Shown: in pieces, positions 59,099 to 64,000 of the stretch | Layout of the letters: the number at the start of each line of letters is the position of its first letter | Position numbering within the stretch: position 1 is the first letter of the stretch | Assembly (NCBI GenBank): GCA_963761335.1 | Contig: CAVXGR010000018.1 | Location: forward strand, 256,001 to 320,000 | Source: an uncultured delta proteobacterium | GTDB taxonomy: Bacteria; Desulfobacterota; Binatia; HRBIN30; BPIQ01 | DNA length: 64,000 bases | Direction of reading: 5' to 3' | Position numbers and translations under genes: made by a program | The notes under the pieces: model-generated | The model's database searches: none | Told to the model about the DNA's origin: nothing | Seen by the model: the letters and a program-made list of their open reading frames with translations, nothing else

Positions 59099-59610
59099 CC
59101 GGCGCCTTTCCGCTTGCCGTTTTCGTCCAGAGGAATGGCCTCGACCGATTCGAAGTTCTCGAACTCGTCGAGGTGTTCGATGATCGGATAGTCCTGGAAG
59201 AGCTCCGTCTCCTTCGCCAGCTTGGGCGGGGGGGACTGCAAGCCGAGAGGGACGAGGACGGTGCTGGGTCCGCCCAGCGGCCCGGCGGCCACGAGAATGG
59301 CCGTAGCCGTCACCGCCGCCACGGCGAGCGGCTTCCATATCCACGCAAGCCATGCGGCCCAGCCGGGGGAGACCTCGTTGGCCTCGGCGAGCTTCTGCCG
59401 CAGGCGCGTCTCGAAGCCGAGGCTGAGCTCGGGAAGCGGCAGCGCCAGGGCCGACTGCTGGATGTGCACGGTGCGCTCGATGCTCCGCAGCTCCCGGCGG
59501 CAATCACCGCAGGTCTGCAGGTGGTCGCGAAGCCGCTCGGCCTCCGCCCCGGTCAGGGCGCCATCGGCGAGCGCGGTGAGGTCCTTTCGAATGTCGCTGC
59601 AGCGTGTCAC
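59095..59610 (-). CDS. Zinc-binding anti-sigma factor (zf-HC2)
   Basis: HLQTCGDC (HxxxCxxC) followed by a TM helix. Confidence 0.88.
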   Translation of the reverse strand: MTRCSDIRKDLTALADGALTGAEAERLRDHLQTCGDCRRELRSIERTVHIQQSALALPLPELSLGFETRLRQKLAEANEVSPGWAAWLAWIWKPLAVAAVTATAILVAAGPLGGPSTVLVPLGLQSPPPKLAKETELFQDYPIIEHLDEFENFESVEAIPLDENGKRKGAG

Positions 59611-60206
59611 GTCGCTTCCGTCCCCAGGATGTCTCCGAGGCCGTCTCGCATCGCCACGGTGGCGCGGTGCACCAAGCTCTTCACCGCCGACACCGAGCAG
59701 CTGAGGCTCTCGGCAATCTCCTCATACGAGAAACCTTCGACGCGGGCCAGTAGCAGCGCCGCCTTCTGCTGCGGCGGCAACCCCTCGAGGAGAGCCTGCA
59801 TCCGCTCCTTCACCTGGCTGGCAATGGCGGTGGCCTCCCCGTCGGCGATTCTCGGGTCGGCCAGCTCGCCGGCGCGCTCGCTCTCGTCATCGGGGTCGGT
59901 ACCGCCGAGCGGCTCCATGCGCACACGATGCTCCGGGCGGCGCACCTCGGTCAAGCAGGTGTTGGTGGCGATTCGATAGAGCCAGGTGGTGAAGCGCGCC
60001 CGCGGCTCGTAGCTCTTCCGGGCTCGATAGACCTGCAGGAAGACGTCCTGGGCCAGCTCCTCTGCTCGAGATTGAGATTGAACGAACTGCATCGCGTATC
60101 GCACTATCTGGCGGGCATACTTGCCGTACAACTCCTTGAACGCTGCAGAGTCGCCTGCCTTCACGGCCAGCATCAACTGCACGTCCGGGTCCTCTCCCGG
60201 TCGCAC
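59607..60206 (-). CDS. ECF sigma-70 factor
   Basis: AEELAQDVF, FTTWLYRIATN, LP..Q, SYEEIAE, VKSLVHRA. Confidence 0.93.
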   Translation of the reverse strand: MRPGEDPDVQLMLAVKAGDSAAFKELYGKYARQIVRYAMQFVQSQSRAEELAQDVFLQVYRARKSYEPRARFTTWLYRIATNTCLTEVRRPEHRVRMEPLGGTDPDDESERAGELADPRIADGEATAIASQVKERMQALLEGLPPQQKAALLLARVEGFSYEEIAESLSCSVSAVKSLVHRATVAMRDGLGDILGTEAT

Positions 60207-60318
60207 TCAATCTCCTATAACTCTCGAAAGCTCCAAAGGTTGCGCCATCCTCCCGCCTGCGACGAGGCCCGGCGGGCGGCCTCGCCCCGCCTGCCTGGCG
60301 GGCGCCCCTGGACGTCGG

Positions 60319-61239
60319 TCAGTGGCGCCCGAGCTCCTCGTCGATGACCACCCGGAAGGCTTCCAGGGGCTGTACCCCGGTTAGCTTGCGGCCGTTGATG
60401 AAGAAGGTCGGCGTCGAGTTCACCCCCAGGGTGGTCGCCTCCGCGATGTCGGCGTGAATGCCGGGAAGGCTGGCGCGCGACTCGACACAGCGGTTGTACT
60501 GCGTCATGTCCAGGCCGGACTGGCGGGCGAGGCGCGCCGCCGTCTCCTTCAGGTTGAGCGAGGTGATGCGGTCCTGTTGCCGGTAGAACTCGTCATAGAT
60601 CTTCCAGAAGGCGTCGTTGCTCTGTGCGAAAGCGCATTCCGAGGCGACGGCGGCACTCTCGGCCCACGGGTGAATCTCGGTCAAGGGGAGGTCCTTGTGG
60701 ACCAGGCGCACCTTGCCGCGATAGGCGCGCAGCAGCTCGGTCTCGACTGATTTCGCCGTGCGGGCGCAGTACTGGCACTGGAAGTCGGTGAACTCGACAA
60801 TGGTGACCGGGGCCTCGGGGCTTCCCCGCGTCGGCTGGTCCTTGAGAGACAGCTTCGCGAGGTTCACCTGGATGGGGTCGACGGTCAGGTCGGCCAGCTC
60901 GCCGCGCAGCAGGTAGTGGGCATCGTTGCTGACCAGGAAGTCGACCGCCTGCGAGCGGCCCTCGAGGCGTACCTCCAGAGCACCCCGCTGCCAGCCCGGT
61001 ATGGATGCCGGGGTGAGATAGGTCATCGTCAGCTCGGCGGCGCGCGGCAGGGTGACGGCCTTGCGGAAGTAGGTGGTGACGCGCTTCTCGATCGTCTGCC
61101 GATCGACGCTCGGCAGGTTCGGATCGGGGCGCTGCGGCAGCAGTGTCGCACAGCCGGCGGCGAAGCTGCAGAGCAGGGCGAACGCCACCGCCATCCCATC
61201 GCCCGATCCCGACCCTCGCCGTCGCTTCACCGTCATCAT
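60319..61239 (-). CDS. DsbA/DsbG-like thioredoxin-fold lipoprotein
   Basis: FAAGC lipobox, EFTDFQCQYC, GVNSTPTFFING. Start uncertain. Confidence 0.85.
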   Translation of the reverse strand: MMTVKRRRGSGSGDGMAVAFALLCSFAAGCATLLPQRPDPNLPSVDRQTIEKRVTTYFRKAVTLPRAAELTMTYLTPASIPGWQRGALEVRLEGRSQAVDFLVSNDAHYLLRGELADLTVDPIQVNLAKLSLKDQPTRGSPEAPVTIVEFTDFQCQYCARTAKSVETELLRAYRGKVRLVHKDLPLTEIHPWAESAAVASECAFAQSNDAFWKIYDEFYRQQDRITSLNLKETAARLARQSGLDMTQYNRCVESRASLPGIHADIAEATTLGVNSTPTFFINGRKLTGVQPLEAFRVVIDEELGRH

Positions 61240-61405
61240 CTGTTCCAGACCGCCGCCGCCAGGGCGGCGGTGGTCTTCATCGAGGCGGGTATATTGGTCC
61301 GGGTGGGCGTGCGGAGTCAACGCGGGGCGCACCGGATGGCGCGCCCCGCGTCTGATGGTGCCTCGGTGGCGGGCCGCTTGCCGGCCCGCCCGTGGCCGCC
61401 CTAGA

Positions 61406-63052
61406 ATGCCCGCCGTGACCCAGCGCCAGGAGAGGGACGCGAAGCTGATCGAGGAGCTGCGCGCCATTCAGGATCGTCACGGCTTTCTTCCCGAGGAGGA
61501 GCTGCGCCAGCTGTCGCGCCGCACGCTGACGCCGCTCTACCGGATCGAGGGACTGACCACCTTCTTCCCCCATTTCCGCCGTACTCCGGGTCCGGTGCGT
61601 GTGCGCGTGTGCACTGACATCGCCTGCCATCTGCACGCCCCCGAGGCCCTGGCGGCGGTGCGCCAGGCGGCCGGAGCGGACGCCGACGTGCGGCCGTCCT
61701 CCTGCCTCGGCCAGTGCAATCGTCCGGTCGCCGCCATGGTCGACGGCCGTGTGGTCACCGGTCTCGGCTCTGCCTGCGTCTGGCCATTCGTCCGCGGCGA
61801 CACTGCTCCGATCGCGCCGGCGGCACCGGGACTCTACCGCGTCGATCCGTACGGCGCCGGGGAGGCGCCCTATGCGGCGTATCGGCGTCTCTTCGGCGAC
61901 CGCACCTCTCCGGCAGCCGAGCAGGTGATCGCCATGCTCCAGGCAAGCGGCCTGCGGGGCATGGGCGGCGCCGGCTTTCCCGCCGGCGCCAAGTGGGAGG
62001 TGGTCCGCGCCACCGCCGCCGACGAGAAGTTCGTCGTCTGCAACGCCGATGAGTGTGAGCCGGGAACCTTCAAGGACCGCTTCCTGCTCGAGACCTTTCC
62101 CGATCTGCTGGTCGAAGCTCTCGCCATTGCCGCCGCCTGCGTCGGCGCCCGCCGCGCCTGGGTGTTCATCCGCCACGAGTACACACAGGCGCACGAGTGC
62201 CTGGCCGCGGCCATGCAGCGGTTCCGCGATCAGGGCTTCGGCGGCGCCGCCGAGCTCGACATCTTCGAGAGTCCGGGCGGCTACATCTGCGGCGAGGAGA
62301 CGGCGCTGCTGGAGGCGATGGAGGGGCGCCGGGCGGAGCCGCGCAACAAGCCGCCGTTCCCCGGGATGCGCGGTCTCTGGGGAAAGCCGACCCTGATCAA
62401 CAACGTCGAGACGCTGTGCTGGGTGCCGGCGATCCTCGCCCGCGGCGCCGAGTGGTTCGCCGCCCAGGGGGTGAACGGCGCCCGCGGGCTCAAGTTCATC
62501 GCCCTCAGCGGTCACGTCGAGCGGCCGGGTGTCTACGAGGTGCCCCTCGGCATCCGCGCCGGCGATCTGATCCGCGACTGCGGCGGCGGTGTGAGCGGCG
62601 GCCGCGCCCTGAAAGCCTTTGCTCCGGGCGGTCCTTCATCGGGCTTCCTGCCGGCGACGATGGCCGACGTACCGCTCGATTTCCAGGCGCTCCAGCAGGC
62701 CGGCTCGATGCTCGGCTCGGGCGCGGTGGTGGCGCTCGCCGAGGGCACCTGCATGCTCGAGGCGGCGATCAACTTCCTGCGCTTCTTTCGCAACGAGTCG
62801 TGCGGCAAATGCGTTCCCTGCCGCGTCGGCACCGAGAAGATGGTGGAGATGGCGGAGCGCCTGGCGGCCGGCAGCAGCCGCGATTCCGATGCGGACGCCC
62901 TCGGCGATCTGACCACGGCGATGGAGCTGACCTCGATCTGCGGTCTCGGGCAGGCCGCGCCGGCACCGCTGCGCTCGGTGCTCGAGTATTTCGGGCCCGA
63001 GCTGGAGGCGCATCGTTCCGGTCACTGCCCCTTCGGAGCTGCGCATGTCTGA
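61406..63052 (+). CDS. NuoE-NuoF (FdsG-FdsB)-like fused diaphorase subunit
   Basis: N-terminal [2Fe-2S] C-x4-C...CLGQC; GLRGMGGAGFP, CNADECEPG, YICGEETAL, ESCGKCVPCRVG, SICGLG. Start ATG 61406 or GTG 61415. Confidence 0.92.
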   Translation: MPAVTQRQERDAKLIEELRAIQDRHGFLPEEELRQLSRRTLTPLYRIEGLTTFFPHFRRTPGPVRVRVCTDIACHLHAPEALAAVRQAAGADADVRPSSCLGQCNRPVAAMVDGRVVTGLGSACVWPFVRGDTAPIAPAAPGLYRVDPYGAGEAPYAAYRRLFGDRTSPAAEQVIAMLQASGLRGMGGAGFPAGAKWEVVRATAADEKFVVCNADECEPGTFKDRFLLETFPDLLVEALAIAAACVGARRAWVFIRHEYTQAHECLAAAMQRFRDQGFGGAAELDIFESPGGYICGEETALLEAMEGRRAEPRNKPPFPGMRGLWGKPTLINNVETLCWVPAILARGAEWFAAQGVNGARGLKFIALSGHVERPGVYEVPLGIRAGDLIRDCGGGVSGGRALKAFAPGGPSSGFLPATMADVPLDFQALQQAGSMLGSGAVVALAEGTCMLEAAINFLRFFRNESCGKCVPCRVGTEKMVEMAERLAAGSSRDSDADALGDLTTAMELTSICGLGQAAPAPLRSVLEYFGPELEAHRSGHCPFGAAHV

Positions 63053-64000
63053 GATCTCCCTGACCATCGACGGCCGCGCCGTGCGCGCCCCCGCCGGCTC
63101 CACCATCTGGGAGGCGGCGCGCCTCGCCGGCATCGACATCCCCATTCTCTGCCACCAGCCGCGCCTGCGCCCGGTGGCCGTGTGCCGTGTCTGCGCCGTC
63201 GACGTCGAGGGCGCCCGCGTTCCACCGGCGGCGTGCATCCGCACCGCGGAGGAGGGGATGGTGGTGCGCAGCCGCTCGCCGCGACTGGAGCGGGCGAGGC
63301 GGACGCTGGTCGAGATGCTGCTCGCCGATCACCCGGTCCCGTGCGAGCGGCAGCGGCGCTCCGGCGACTGCGAGCTGGAGGCCCTGGCTTCGGCCTACGG
63401 GCTCGCTGGCTCTCGCTTCGCCCCGCGGCAATGGACGAACGGCCGCGATGATTCTTCTCCGGTCATCGCCGTCGATCACCGCGCCTGCATTCTCTGCGAC
63501 CGCTGCATCCGCGCCTGCGACGAGGTGCAGTCGAACGAGGTGATCGGCCGCACCGGAAAGGGCTACGCCAGCGCCATCGCCTTCGATCTGAGCTCGCCCA
63601 TGGGCGACTCGAGCTGCGTCTCCTGCGGCGAGTGCGCCGCCGCCTGCCCCACGGGCGCCCTGGTGCACAAGCCGCTGGGTCTTGCGAGGCCTCCGGCGAA
63701 GCAGGGTTCACCTGCGAAGCCTCCGGCGAAGCGGGTCGACTCGGTGTGCCCCTACTGCGGCGTCGGCTGCGGCATCCGCTACCACGTCAGCGACGGCGTC
63801 ATCGTGCAGGTCAGCGGCCGCGAGGACGATCCTGTCAACCGCGGCCGGCTGTGCGTCAAGGGGCGCTACGGCTTCGACTACGCCCAGCACCCGCAGCGCC
63901 TCACCGTGCCGCTCATTCGCCGCCCGGAGCGTTACCCCAAGGGACCGCTCTCCGCCGATGTGCGTGGCGAGGGCCAGGGCCGCCGGCGCGCCGGCGGCCT
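63045..64000 (+). CDS. fdhF: NAD-linked formate dehydrogenase alpha subunit, 5' part; continues past the right edge
   Basis: Manual translation: IPILCH, VCRVC, CILCDRCIRAC, CVSCGECAAACPTGAL, SVCPYCGVGC, LCVKGRYGFDY, RLTVPLIR. The catalytic residue lies outside the window. Confidence 0.85.
   Translation, partial: MSEISLTIDGRAVRAPAGSTIWEAARLAGIDIPILCHQPRLRPVAVCRVCAVDVEGARVPPAACIRTAEEGMVVRSRSPRLERARRTLVEMLLADHPVPCERQRRSGDCELEALASAYGLAGSRFAPRQWTNGRDDSSPVIAVDHRACILCDRCIRACDEVQSNEVIGRTGKGYASAIAFDLSSPMGDSSCVSCGECAAACPTGALVHKPLGLARPPAKQGSPAKPPAKRVDSVCPYCGVGCGIRYHVSDGVIVQVSGREDDPVNRGRLCVKGRYGFDYAQHPQRLTVPLIRRPERYPKGPLSADVRGEGQGRRRAGG

Overview
GC-rich bacterial chromosomal window. Gene content and protein domains suggest Candidatus Binatia/Binatota, a deltaproteobacteria-like lineage (inference). 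Most of it is core or metabolic: a divergent nitrogen locus (two Amt transporters and P-II, each arm with a sigma54 promoter), lspA, glmU, a ribB fusion with a degenerate GCH-II domain, dsbD, a DEAD-box helicase, csp, twin SDRs, a CoA-transferase, a di-heme peroxidase, a lipid-modification-like operon, an Fnr-like regulator next to two small 4-Cys proteins and an AOR, yebC-ruvCAB, addAB, twin moeA, an ECF sigma/anti-sigma pair, dsbA and the start of an NAD-linked formate dehydrogenase. Five accessory signals stand out. (1) A decayed 'reverse' integron lies between ruvB and DUF2905, with an intI C-terminal fragment, attI, attC sites and toxin-antitoxin cassettes. (2) A ~289-bp non-coding mini-element forms a tandem dimer inserted precisely into one arm of a REP palindrome, with CTG at each junction and a hairpin at the internal junction. 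(3) An 8-unit array of GTAG palindromes, which is not CRISPR. (4) Several further dispersed palindrome and 8-mer repeat families. (5) A putative Fnr-type regulon with ATGAC-N4-GTCAT boxes. No rRNA, tRNA or CRISPR was recognised. All calls were made by eye from motifs; no searches were run.
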